Positions 12,266-25,333 of a DNA stretch of 64,000 nucleotides are shown here, in pieces. The position numbers and the translations under genes are program-made. Source of the stretch: the human T2T-CHM13v2.0 reference genome, Homo sapiens. The notes under the pieces were generated by a model. The model was not told the origin of the DNA. It did not search any database and saw only the letters and a list, made by a program, of their open reading frames with translations. The first letter of the stretch is position 1. Each line of letters begins with the position of its first letter. The DNA lies in the NCBI RefSeq assembly GCF_009914755.1, contig NC_060926.1, one strand, 5' to 3'.

Positions 12266-12955
12266 ATTTATGCTTATGGCACTAATTATTACAATCTACT
12301 GCAATGAACAGTGGTCAATAGGCATTAACAGAGCCAGAGGAGCGCTCTACCAACTTGGCCTCTAATTGGCGGTTGCAACTCAATCTTGGCATAAGAGAAG
12401 GATTTTTTTTTCTTTCCTATAAACATATAACCTTGGTCTACATAAAGTGTTTCTTTCCATATTGAAGAGTGAGACAGTGGAGAAATTATACATTAGAAAT
12501 TAACTGAGCTTTTCTGTCTTTGCCAAAGTGCATTTTTGCAGTAGGGAGAAAATAATCTGGATTGAAAATTGTTCATTTAATGTTCTGAGCCATTCTGAGA
12601 TAAATATTCTGATGTGAAAATTCAATGGACTGCGTGATCTAAAGGAACATTCAAACAGGAAGTAGTCAAATCAATAGTGCAATGATCACGCTAGAGAAAG
12701 AAAAATGTGTTCTTTTATTAAGACACATTTCAAGAACCAGGGTGGCCTTCCTTGATAATTCACTTCAAAAATCAGCTTGTGGAAATGAGTGCAGGCATTT
12801 GTCAGTGACTCTGAGGACTTTAAGAAGTCTTTGCACTGTTTGCACTGTTTTTATAATTCCACTATCATTTTTTTAATCCCCTGCTATAAAGTACAAATGT
12901 CATTAAAGGGTCATTTTGGGCTTTTTGTTGTTGTTGTTGTTGGAGGGTGGGATAA

Positions 12956-13343
<388 letters not shown>

Positions 13344-14098
13344 CCCTTTTTATTCTTCATTATTTTCATCGATTAAATTAAGGATGATTGAAATATTCTT
13401 ATCACCATAATTATTACTTAATATTTACAGATCTGACTTAAATTTTTATTATAATTGGTTTTAAATATTTTTAAAAGAGTTTGCAAGGAGCAGGATTGAT
13501 CAATTCAACATATAAAGGATAGCAAAATAATACTCTTGACTTGGATATAAACTATTATATGTTGGAGTTTATATATACTGCACACTAAAAAAAAACTTTT
13601 AAAAGTTGTACAACAGTTAAATGGCTTTTTAATTCAACAATACACAGCATCTGGTTTAACTGACTCTTACTGGCATTCACTTGTCACTTTGGGATTGTGG
13701 ACAGAGGCTAAACTGTTTACCAAATGAATACTCAAGCAAAGCTCCACTGTTACAATTGAAGAGGGATAACAGCAGTCAAGCATTGTACCAGCGTATGACT
13801 AATAACTCCAGGCAATAAGCTGCCTTAGATATAGATCTGTGTTTTGTAATGAAAATGTAATCATAAAACTTAGACTGGAGTTTCTATCCTGCTAAGCCAA
13901 GTTACCATCAACAAACATGTTAATACCTGACAGCACATTTCAGCACCTTAGTGTCAGAAAATCAGGGCATGCCAATTTTATTCAGAGCTCAATGAATTCC
14001 ACCTACTTAGGCATCTCCCAGCTTGTGGGTTAAATGTAATTTTAAAATTCTGATTGCTCGATAATTGATAGTCATATTTTAGGAATTGTATTGTGTTT

Positions 14099-14405
<307 letters not shown>

Positions 14406-14654
14406 GGAATTGTGTTTCTTATTCAAGAGGCAAGTAATAATTTATAGTAAAGGGTTTTTTTTTTTTTAAGTAAAATGTGTCTAATGTTTCACAGTTTTAA
14501 ATACCCTGTGGCTTATTTAACAAGGATATTTTATAACAGAATTATTCTATTCCTCTTTTTCCTTCTCTCATGTCCTGTGTTGTACCTTATCCCATGTGTC
14601 AAGACAAATGTTTCCTATTAACAAGACTGCGTTATACGTTTTAGGACTTATTTT

Positions 14655-15160
14655 TAGTCATTCATTCCCCAAACATTTATTAAGTTTCTTTTCTAGGGCA
14701 AACAACACTGTTAGGTGCTAAAGCTACAAAAATGAATAAAACAAGAGTCCCTTCTCACTGGGAGCACACAGGATAGACGTTCATGTAAATAGATACCCAC
14801 AATATATTTTCATAAATAATGTAATCAAGTTAGGGATGAAGACAGTAGAAGTTTGGGAGAAAGAACAACTCAAGTAGACCAAGCAAAGCCTGTAAAGAGG
14901 AGGCATTGGTTTTAAATCTAGAGAAGAAGTAGGAATTTCTTAAGGAAAAAAAAAAAAAAAGAAGAAAGTTTATTCTAGGGACAGAGATGGCATGGCCAGG
15001 GCCCAGAATGGCTTGTAAAGGGACATTTACCTTTGAGGAATGGTGAGGAGTCGGGTGGACCTGGATTGAAGAAACCAGTTGGGAAAAATGCCCTGGGGAA
15101 TATGTGGGCAATATTGTTAAGAGCCTTAAATGGGCTTTGCCAAACTAGTTGGACTTTATC
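14655..15160 (-). mobile_element. L2 3' region
   Basis: tcattcattccccaaacatttattaag...actgttaggtgctaaagctacaaaaatgaataaaaca. Confidence 0.7.
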
Positions 15161-16936
15161 CTGACAAAACGAAACAGTACATGGTATTAAAATACTAATT
15201 TAGACTTTTAAGATTATTTCCTGTTTTTTCACCTGTCAGTTAAAAAAATAACGTTTTGGTTGGCTTCACTTACTTTGCATATGTTTCCATGGGTTACTTT
15301 AACACCAGAATGGCATCTGTGGAAAACAATCTGAGCCCAAGACTAGAGTCTAAACGCACAGGGTTTCTCTGAATGACAATATTCAAGAGACTCACATAAA
15401 GCCCTGATCATCAATCCCCAAAAAGATTAATGTCCAGAACAAGTTCGGAAGATCAATTAGGGAACTTCAGAACAAAGCCATGAAGCATGTCTCTACGGCT
15501 ATGGCGGGTGGAGTAGGTAGACGGCTGCATGTTGATATTTATGGAACGTTAAAATAAATAACTGTGCCCAAATATCTAACATCCATAATTGAATGTATTG
15601 AGGTGGGGAAGGCACTGTCCCCTGAAATTGCTATTAAAGCACTAGCATCTTGCCTAGAAGTTACTGTGTGAGCATATTAGCATCAAGCGCCCCAGCCACC
15701 TAAAACACACCAGGTATTCAGTGAACTCTCAATTGGAAAGGAAATTTGAATCTGAGGTATCGCCTTCCCCACACTGGCCAAATAATGGCATGGCAGAAAG
15801 TCCAAAGGAGGCAGAGAGATGGGATGGAACTAGGGAGAGGTGTGAAAAAGCTTTAGTTTCTTCTGACCCAACTATCACATCCATCATCATTCTGAAGGTT
15901 TAAAAGCCTGAGTCACTAAGTCATAGAAACTAAATTGGGGGAAACAGAAGCAAAACAAAGACACTTGTGGCTAAATACATTCAGGTGTCTGTGAGGTACC
16001 AGGTGTTAGATTTGAGTTAACTCCTTTTCCAGATCGGAAAGGACCCTCAGGTCTCCCTAGATCTTTGTCATTTGGTCTGACCACCATCAACCTTTCTTTC
16101 TGGCATCATCTTGGCTCCACTTGTCCCCTGGAAGGAAAAGATCTTTCTTACATAAACTCAGTATTTTATCTCTCTGAATTCAGACTGACTTCGCAGTTGC
16201 TCCCATCCCCAGTGTCCTAGACAATTCTAGGGTTCCTGGTAGGGCCTGACCAGTCCGTGGCAGCTTTTGTGACATGCTGATCATTGTCTGATACATGTCC
16301 CTAGCCAGCTTAAAGCTGAATGTCTCTAGCTCCCAGCCATCGACCTCAGTGGTGGTCCCACCTCATGTTGCACTATTCTCTTCCTTGTCAGCCCTCTGTG
16401 ACAGCTTAAGGTGGAGTGCTCTTCTCCCGCATCAAATCCCCTTGTATCCTTCTTTCCACCTAGTGAATGACTATCTCCATTCTACTTGAATGTAGAAAAC
16501 GTCAAGGATTGACAATACAGAACTCACTGACTGGCCAAGCATCCAGTCCAGATTACTTCATCCATAATAATTTCCCTGGGATGTGTATATGTGTGAGGGG
16601 AGGATGGGGCTAGGGTTGCGTAGCAGAATCCCAGAGTCTCCATTATCACTGTGTATTCACATAAATGAAATATGTGCTACAGTCATCATTATTATAAATT
16701 GAAAATAGTTATTGAACACTTACGGTGTGCCAAGCATGTAAAAATGTTTTTCATAATTTTACAATTTTAGCTCTAAATGTCATAATGTACTGCCCTTAGA
16801 AAAAAGATGCCAGTTCTCTACATTTGCAGAGCATTAGGCTTGATATGACATTTTTCCAGAGCTCCTTCTGGTTTCCTCAATAGAAATCACCACTCTGCCT
16901 CTCTTGACTTAATGCGGGAATATTGCCTGTCTCTCA

Positions 16937-17000
16937 GACACGTACACACACAGGCACACAGCCATGTGCACACGCACACACACACACACACTCACACACG
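16937..17000. repeat. Imperfect (CA)n microsatellite
   Basis: Read directly. Confidence 0.9.
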
Positions 17001-18426
17001 ATTTTCAATTTCCTCCTGCTTTGTGTTTCATCGGGGTTACGGTCACAGCGGCTCCCCTGCGGGCCCCCCACTTTGTTAGCATTCTGATGTTCACTTATCA
17101 GTGAGTGAATCAAGAACAACACATCCCCTGGTAAATTGGGAGTTTAAAAGGTGTAGTCACAATACGACAAAAAGTGCACATACGACATTATGAGCCAAAG
17201 TGAAGTTTTTGAGCAATGTAAAAAAAATAAAATAAAATAAGCATTTTTCTGCAACATTTCTCACCTAAGAATAGCAAAGTTGGAACATAAAGACAAATTT
17301 CTTAAGGCTCCCAGAAAGCCCAGGATTTAAAGAAAGTGAAAGGAAGCATAGATCCCACCTGTGCCTTGACCCATTTTCTGAGATAATAAACCAAAGATCC
17401 CCTGCCTCCTCACTCGCCACCCCCCGCCCAGAAAAAAAACTCATGATGTTACACAGAATTCTTTATTATTTCCACAATTTGTCAATACCCTATTTTCAAT
17501 TTTCCCATGGAGAAGGAATTTCTGCCTGGTTGAAAGGAACATAAAAAAGCTATCTGGATATAATTCTGCTAAATACCCATGATTTCATAATAAAGCACTC
17601 AATTTAAATAGCTGTTCTCCAGGGCACTGATTATGGTATTTCCTCCTTAAACTGAACAAATTTCCCTTCCCTTTTCACAGATAAGTGCCAAATCTTAGAC
17701 ATAACAACCTGCTTTTATAAATTCAGAGTATTTCTAGAGTGGCAGGACATCAAATCTGAAATATGTAATATCACCAAACTAATGTTTTGGTTTGTCCTCA
17801 GAGCCCAAATCATGTTTTAAATCAACATCAGCAAGCACTTTACTAAAGATCTCTGAAGAGTTAAAAAGATCATATAGTATGGCACATAAAAGTAGCATAT
17901 TTTCCTGGTATATACCTATTTAACGGTGTTAATTATATAATCATGGATTTAATGCATTTGAGTTTTACTTCCTTTTTTATTGGGAAGCAACTAAAATATT
18001 TTTCTTACCTTAAAGATACTCTATTATATAATAGGACTATTAAAGCACCTCAAATATCATAATATGTTTAGATTTATCCACATTTGAGACTTCCAAAAGT
18101 CATTATTCTTGAAATATGTATTATTTTGATAGATGTCCATTTTAATTATTTGAAAGATTCAACTTTAGACTCCACCTTAGGGGAGGCCTTTGATCTAGGC
18201 TAGTTGATAATTAATGTCCACAAATTCAGTATTCTCTTTGGACTATTTTCTCCCTTTCCATGCTTGTAACTTTTAATACCTGGTGCTTACACCTTACGAA
18301 GTTTATTTTAGTGTACATGTCCTTCAGGATGGATTGTTATTAAATTGTAGTAACCAACAACCCCCAAACTGTAGAGAGGCTTCCGACGAGGAAGGTGGAT
18401 TTCAGTCATGCTGTACTTCCATCTGG

Positions 18427-18445
18427 AGTCAGCAGGGGGCTCTGT
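18427..18445 (+). promoter_or_regulatory. Candidate CTCF site
   Basis: agtcagcagggggctctgt resembles the CTCF core CCAGCAGGGGGCGC and lies in a locally CpG-retaining stretch; motif only, binding not shown. Confidence 0.4.
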
Positions 18446-19087
18446 TCTACACTGTTCTCTCTCCGGGGCCCAGCCCGCCCAAGCAGGACAATCTAAAATA
18501 TTGCAGATCATGGTCATGAAGGGAGGGAACATGGTGAATCATACACCGGCTTTACCCAGAAAGTAGAAATTTTTTTTTGGTTTTTACCCAAAAGCGAGAC
18601 ACAAATCTTTTGCTCACATCCTCATGACCGAAACAAGTAATAATGTGAAGGGGTGCAGCAATGCCATGGTATCACGTGCCTGGATGAAGGGGACCCGGAA
18701 ACGCTAGTGAAGAGCATTAAGGAGCCATCCCGTTCTGAAATACATAGTACACTGTCCTTTGCACGTGCAAAATATGCTCAGCCTTTTTTTTTCGGGTGAG
18801 ACAACCCAAAATTGCCATTCGGTCACAGCATGTAGCTCAAAGTGCAGGATCTCTGGGTGACAGGAAGGATGGGAAGTCTTCACAGCAGGGGGTGAGGTGC
18901 AATAGTCTGTAAGTCCAGTGCCAGTTATGCTCCCCACATGCTCAGGACCCCAAAATGGAGCAACCAAAGGACTACTGAAATAAAGACTCGCATTCAGACA
19001 GAAGAATGGGGGCACACACAGCAGACATAGGACTGGCTGTAGCAACTCTAAATTCTTATTTCTCAAGTATTTTGAGGACTACCTTTA

Positions 19088-19356
19088 CATTTTTATTTTT
19101 TGAGACAGGGTTTCACTCCGCCACCCAGGCTGGAGTGCAGTGACACGATCTCTATTCACTGAAACCTTGACTTCCGGTGGTCAAGCTCCCATCTCAGCCT
19201 CCCAAGTAGCCGGGACTACAGGCATGCACCACCACACCCAACTAACTTTTGTATTTTTAGTAGAGACAGGTTTTCACCACATTGCCCAGGCTGGTCCTGA
19301 ACTCCCGAGCTCAAGTGATCTGCCCACCTTGGCCTCCCAAAGTGCTGGGATTACAG
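19088..19356 (-). mobile_element. AluJ, slightly 5'-truncated, inserted in MLT1 internal region
   Basis: Perfect 14-bp TSD gaggactaccttta (19074-19087, 19357-19370). Confidence 0.93.
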
Positions 19357-20769
19357 GAGGACTACCTTTAATTAGGCACTGTTTTCACTTCCTGGAAGTA
19401 ACCCCCTTGTCCTTGGATCTCTGTGGCTCCTGGTTCTGCCCTCTGGGAGAGTCCTCCTCTCCATTACTCTCCTTCAAATCCAAAGTGGGTATCCGAAGAA
19501 TATGCCCACCTGAAAACTGAGCAGTCTTCTTGCCACACTTGCTGCCTGCAGACAATTGGGGGTCCCTGGGTCATTTGGAATTTCAAACAGTCAATCAATT
19601 TTAATGTAAGTTGATGATCCTTTTGGTAGTATAACTCCCTCAAAAATTAAGTTGGCTTCCTATATACTTGACAGTGAGCTCTGTCTCAACCACAGTCCTT
19701 TTTGAGACAAAATTCTGACATTCTTTGGCTTTCTCATGCTCATACCTTTCGCTTCCTGCTTCATTAAAGCTCTGCTGAGCCCATCAAGCTTTAGTGGAAG
19801 AATTACATACTTAGCCTCCTTTTTGTTCAATTGAGTGGATTTAATGGACACCACATCTTTGGTGAGACCTTTGATCTGAGACCCCTTAATTCTTTCAGTG
19901 ATTTTAACAGTAGGTGTGAAGGCCGTACTCTAAATTTACCTTTGTGAAAAGGCTACATGTTCTTGCCTTTGTTCCTCTAAGATTTTTCAGTTTTATCTTT
20001 TGCTGTTAAGGAATGAAACACAGATGCTACTTCAAATTCTAAATGTTCTCTAATTTATGGACTCCCTCTATTTCCTTTCACCTTATTGCAAATTTCTCAT
20101 TTGTTCTCTGGGCTTATCCCTTTTTCTGTAATATACCTTCTGAAGCAACCACCAGCAACCGATACATACTAGCAGTTTTCAATCTCTTCCCTTAAAGCTA
20201 CCAATGCATTAGGTACATAATCTGCTGCCCAGACTACTGTGCGGTTTTTGAGACAATTTCACTAAAGGTTTCACTGTGGTATTGTGTTGGTCATCACCTT
20301 GTTTGCCTTCAGTGATAGCTTCCGTGTCACCTGTTGCCTGAACACTAAGCCACTGTCATAGAGTTTGGGATTGTGGTCTCATAGTACTCCCCTTCAAGTT
20401 TCCATTTTCTGTGTTAATCCAGAATGACTGGGTTAATGCTGAGGCAAGAAGAAATTTCTCAAATCTCAGTGGCTTAAAACAACACAAGTTTATTTTCACT
20501 GGTTCTACATGTCCATCTCGCAACCTGAGGAGGCTGTGCTTACATATGTCTCACCTAGAGATCCAGGCTACGGAGCCTCCACTATCTGCCCTGTCCTCAG
20601 GAAGAGGGAAGGGTGTGTAGTGAATCAAGGATAGGCTTTTAAGATCTTCTGCCTTGAAGTGGCCATTTTGAATCATTGGCCAAAGAAAGTCACATTGTGG
20701 TGCCTAATTTCAAATGGTTGCCGGGAAGTGCGAAGTCCTTCCTAAGCACGCCGTAAATCCTTTAATACT

Positions 20770-21465
20770 AATTTCCGCTTCATCTCTGAGCATTTGCACA
20801 TGTTGTTTGCTCTTCCTGGAACATCCTTTCCTTTCTCTCCTCTGCCTTATAAAGTCCTAATTCAAAACACAGTTCACAGGTCCCCTATGTCAGTGGTCAC
20901 CAAACTTTTTGGCACCAGGGGCCAATTTCATGGAAGACAAATTTTCCCTGGACAAGGGCTGTTGTGTGTGTGGAGTGGGGGTGGGTTTCAGGATGAAACT
21001 GCTCCTCCTCAGATCATCAGGCATTAGATTCTTATAAGGAGCGCACAACCTAGATCCCTTGGATGCGAAGGTCACAATAGGGTTTGCACTCCTGTGAGAA
21101 TCTACTGCCCCCTGCTAATCTGACAGGAGGAGGAGCTCAGATAGTAATGCTTACCTCTGCTATGTGGCCCAGTTACTAACACGCCACAGACCAGTACCAG
21201 TCTGCTGTCCAGGGGTTGGGGGTCCCTGCCCTATGTTACAAAACATTTCTCAATATGACATTGAAGAAAAAAACCCTACTCTCTGGTGTTCTTATGGAAT
21301 GTTGCTCCAGCATTTGCCAAACTGCATCCTAATTATGCATTCATGTGATTTTTCCCACTGGACTTTGGACTCTTGGAGGATATGATTTGATTATTTTTTC
21401 AATTCCAAGTACCTACACAGTGCCAGGCACATGGTAGATGCTAAAGGAATTATTATGGAGTGAAT
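20770..21465 (+). mobile_element. L2 3' region interrupted by MER1B
   Basis: tttgcacatgttgtttgctcttcctggaaca...acacagtgccaggcacatggtagatgct. Confidence 0.65.
20891..21228 (+). mobile_element. MER1B (hAT-Charlie)
   Basis: Terminal inverted repeats cagtggtcaccaaac / ggttgggggtccctg; cagatcatcaggcattagattc; perfect 8-bp TSD ccctatgt. Confidence 0.93.
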
Positions 21466-21639
21466 TTGGTTTTGAGATATCAATTATAAAATCGAAGGCT
21501 GATTCTTTCCTTTAGATTAAGATGTTAATTATACTTTTTGTTATAATAATTTTGAATGAAGGATTTGGTCTTGCAGTTATTTTTATTTGAGATGATCTTC
21601 CATTTCTTTCCTTTCATTCCGTCTTCTATTATCACAGTG

Positions 21640-22330
21640 AAGGCTTTCAAAACAATGCGCTTGGACTACTCTAACAACTTCTTAGCTAATGTGCTTAGTT
21701 TTACTCCTTCTCATTCATTCTATGGCTAAGATAATTTCTTCTCATCATGAAAAAGCCATTGTTTTGACCACACCATGCCCCATAACCTACAAGGATTTTC
21801 TATCATTTGTCGGTTCTTGCTCTTAAAATACTATCAAATTTGGAACTCAGTTTTCATCTCACAACCTATTTCTGGTTGTCATTATCCATTCCTTCTCAAA
21901 TCTTCCACTCTCCTTCAGTCTCAACTAACTTCCCATTGATTTCAAAATAAAGTCAAGGCAACTTTAGGGTTTTCTAAGACCCTTCATGACCTGCCTCCTT
22001 TCTTTCAACTCTAGACTCAACTTTCTCCTTATTCAATTCTCTACTTCCATATACAACTAGAGCTACATCTAACTTACCCAATTTCTTCAAATCTGTCTCT
22101 TCTCTCTCATTTCTAGAACTTTGACCTCACTGCCTGAAACTCTCTTCCCCTTCCTTTTAAGAGACCAATTCTACTTTCAGTATGACATTCTTCCAGTATG
22201 CCTTTAACTGTTACTTCATTGGAATGCAATCATTCTCGACTCTGCTGGACTTGGTCATGGATCTGTTTAGTATGCTATACTCCCACATAACATCACCTGC
22301 CACGTTTTGTTATTTTCATCCATTTAATGG
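21640..22330 (+). mobile_element. L2 fragments
   Basis: cttggactactctaacaacttctta...aaaataaagtcaag...aagacccttcatgacctgcc. Confidence 0.5.
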
Positions 22331-22369
22331 TCTAGGGCTGAGTGCTGGATCATATCTGCATGTCTACAA

Positions 22370-22970
22370 TGATAATCATAATGGTTAATATTTATTACAC
22401 ACTTTTGCATCAGACATTTTGATAGGAATTTTGTATAATGTTGCAGATACTAGCTAGTAGTTCACTAAATCCTTTCTATTTCCTGGAAACTCAGCTGGAT
22501 GGCATTTCCCAGGCTCCTGTGTAGTTAGATGTAAGCAAATGATCACATTCTATCCAATGAGAGGTGAGTGGGATGATAAGCGTCACTGTAAGATCTAGTG
22601 TGTAAATCCTCTCGCCCAAGATCATCTTAGTTCTCTCCCATTTCCCTGAAGAGTACAGCCTGAATAATCCTGTAGAATGGTATCATACCAAATCAAATAC
22701 CGATTGACCTCATAGGAACCAAAAATAAACTTCAACTGTATTAGGCTATTTTTGGTTACATTTTTACAGCACCTACCATTTTCTAATCAATGCAAACACA
22801 TTTTTATTAAATTATTGGGTATGAATATTATTATAATTACCACTTTTTATATGATTAAACTCAGATAAGGAAAGATGAAGTAACTGCTCGAAGGTTACAC
22901 AGGTAACTGATGGGGCCTAGATCTAAATCCAGACAGGCTGACCTCAAAGCTCAAATTTTAACAATAGTGC
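22370..22970 (-). mobile_element. MIR split by an MLT1 LTR
   Basis: ataatggttaatatttatt at the left; aagtaactgctcgaaggttacacagg...aaatccagacaggctgacctcaaagc at the right. Confidence 0.65.
22439..22795 (+). mobile_element. MLT1I/J-like solo LTR
   Basis: tgttgcagatac...catttcccaggctcctgtgtagttag...ccaatgagaggtgagtgg...aaataaactt...aatgca. Confidence 0.7.
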
Positions 22971-24218
22971 CCTCTATTATTATATTACATATTAAAATGA
23001 CAACAACATATTAAAGTGATAAAAAATCAAGCAGAAACATGTTTTAAAGCTACAGTGATTGAAAGAGTGAAAGAAAACAGAGAATACTGGAGTAGAATCA
23101 TGAAGCTCAGAATCAGTCCTATTTTATAACTATTGAGCCAATAATGGTAATGTTTCAAATTAGAAGTGAAAGTTACATATTTTCATACTTGTAGATATAT
23201 ATTATAGATGGATTAAAAATATTAAATATAAAAATAAAATCACAATAAAATTATAATAAAATGGCAGATTGTATTCTGATTTTATTTCTAACTTTTAACA
23301 AAACATTCAGTACTTAGTAATATGTTCAACAAATATGTTAACAATGAATCTGATTTTATGACTACCTGTCATCTGACTTCATGCCCCCATCCATTCACTT
23401 TGTTTCAGAAAATATGTGTTTTGCATACCTGTAGAGAAAAAAAAACCCTACTAGAGGTATAGTTTTCAGGTTCTGTGAGATTTTACGTTACAGAGGATAT
23501 TTTAGTTTATTTTAGAAGTGTTAAACAGTCTTATTAAAGAGTATGAATAGAAAAAAATGTACCTGGGTAAAAATCATGAAAACTTAAATCTTATATTTCT
23601 AAGGACAGAGATCAGTTCAGAATTGTTTAGTTCATACTCATGTTCATTTTACTTATAGGATGTTTACTGCTAACATGATTAGTTGAGGCATTTGCTCAAT
23701 ATATTGAAAGGCAAATAAAATGTCATATTCTATGTGTTCATTAGCAGAGAGTTCAAAATGATTTTCTGTTTATTAGGTCCCCAGTTCTTCAAAATCAAAA
23801 CTTGGAAAATCTACTCAGAAAATTTCTAGTGGCCAGGAATCTTTTATGAAGAAGACCTAGGGGCTTAGGTCAGTATTAGTGTTTTTAATAGAAAAATACA
23901 TATATTTTATCATATGTCAATTTTTATTTCAATTAAAGAACTTATATGAGAATGCCTGAAATATCTGTGATTTTTCCCAGACCTAATATATAATCGTTTT
24001 AGCAGGATGTCAAGGATTAAAAATTTGCCACTCTTCCTCTGGAGTGGTGAGGTCTATCTTTCCTTCCCTTGAATATATCTGACCGGACGTCTAGTAGAAT
24101 GCAGTGGAAGTGATGCTGTGTGGCTTTAGGAGCCAGACCTTAAGATATCTGCAGCTTGTGCTTTTGTCTTCTTAGAGTCCTGCTTCTAGAAAGCAAGCCA
24201 CCATGTAAGAAGTCTGTG

Positions 24219-24732
24219 TTAGTTTGCTGAAGATAATAGCTTCCAAATTCATCCATGTCCCTGCAAAGGACATGGTCTCTTTCCTTTTGATGGCTGCATA
24301 GTATTCCATAGGTTATATGTACCACATTTTCTTTATCCAGTCTATCACTGATGGACATTTGGGTTGATTCCGTGTTTTTGCTGTTGTGAATGGTGCTGCA
24401 TTTATTGAACATACATGTGCATGTATCTTTATAATAAAATGTATCTTTATAATCATTTAGGTATATACCCAGTAATGGAATTGCTGCATCAAATGGTATT
24501 TCCTGTTCTAAATCTTTGAGGAATCACCACACTGTCTTCCACAGTGGTTGAACTAATTTATATTCCCACCAACAGTATAAAAGCGTTAGGAAAAATAGCT
24601 AATGCATGCTGGGCTTAATACCTAGGTGATGGGTTTGTAGGTGCAGCAAACCACTATGGCATACATTTACCTATGTAAAAAACTTGCACATTCTGCACAT
24701 CTACTCCAGAGCTTAAAATAAAATAAAATAAA
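24219..24732 (+). mobile_element. 5'-inverted (twin-primed) L1PA 3' fragment: antisense segment 24219-24587, sense 3' end with A-rich tail 24588-24732
   Basis: Antisense end-of-ORF2 sequence joined to aggaaaaatagctaatgcatgctgggcttaatacctagg...(taaaa)n; TSD aagtctgtg (24210-24218, 24733-24741). Confidence 0.92.
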
Positions 24733-24737
24733 AAGTC

Positions 24738-25229
24738 TGTGATGCCAGTAGCCAAAGACGTTCCTTTATGCTACCAGCCATTCCTATTATGCATGCCTTT
24801 AGGAGTTCCCTTTGCTAAAATCTGGGCTGGGCCTGTGACTTGCTCTTGATTAATAGAGAGTGGCCAGGGTGATACTGTGTCACTTGGAATTCAGGTCATA
24901 GGAAGCCTAGAAATTTCTTGTCTGAACTTTTCTAGATACACACTCTTGGGATGCTCCCTCTTAACACCCAGCTGCCATGATGTGTGAAGTCAAAGTCACA
25001 TAGAGGAGGCCAGGTGTAGGTGCTCCCAGTGATGCTTACATTTGTGCTCCCAGAAACAGTCAACATCAACGGCCAGTCCTGGGCCCAAGCTTTTGGGTAT
25101 CCAGATCAGTCAAGCCTTAGCATAACTATACCCCAGTTAATATCTGACAGCAGCCACATAAGAGACCTCAATACTACGAGAAATTATCATAAATTATTGT
25201 ACTGTTACAAACAATGGACAGCTGGAGCA
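24738..25229 (+). mobile_element. MLT1G-like LTR nested in MLT1H2
   Basis: tgtg start, ctgggctgggcctgtgacttgct...cccagctgccatg...ggagca end; 5-bp TSD aagtc/aaatc. Confidence 0.7.
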
Positions 25230-25255
25230 AAATCTGACTACTCTGAGACTTTCAT

Positions 25256-25333
25256 AACAGAGCAGCCTTCTCTGCCACTGTGAAGGATGGCAGTATGACT
25301 TCCCCAGAGGAGCTACTGGATTGGCTGAGAGTC
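25256..25333 (+). repeat. Dispersed direct repeat, copy A (matches 26493-26570)
   Basis: Ungapped manual alignment, 65/78 identical. Confidence 0.9.

Larger units (their letters stand above)
18318..20745 (-). mobile_element. Two-LTR ancient MaLR provirus (MLT1K/L-like): 3' LTR ~18318-18730, internal ~18731-20409, 5' LTR ~20410-20745
   Basis: Two co-oriented MLT1-like LTRs; internal ends match recalled MLT1-int (gacaacccaaa...agctcaaagtgcaggatctctgggtga; ccccttcaagtttccattttc next to the LTR end tgtgtta). Confidence 0.7.

Noticed and set aside
24421-24454. Apparent duplication atgtatctttataat in the L1
   Set aside because: Largely reflects a self-similar stretch of L1PA consensus
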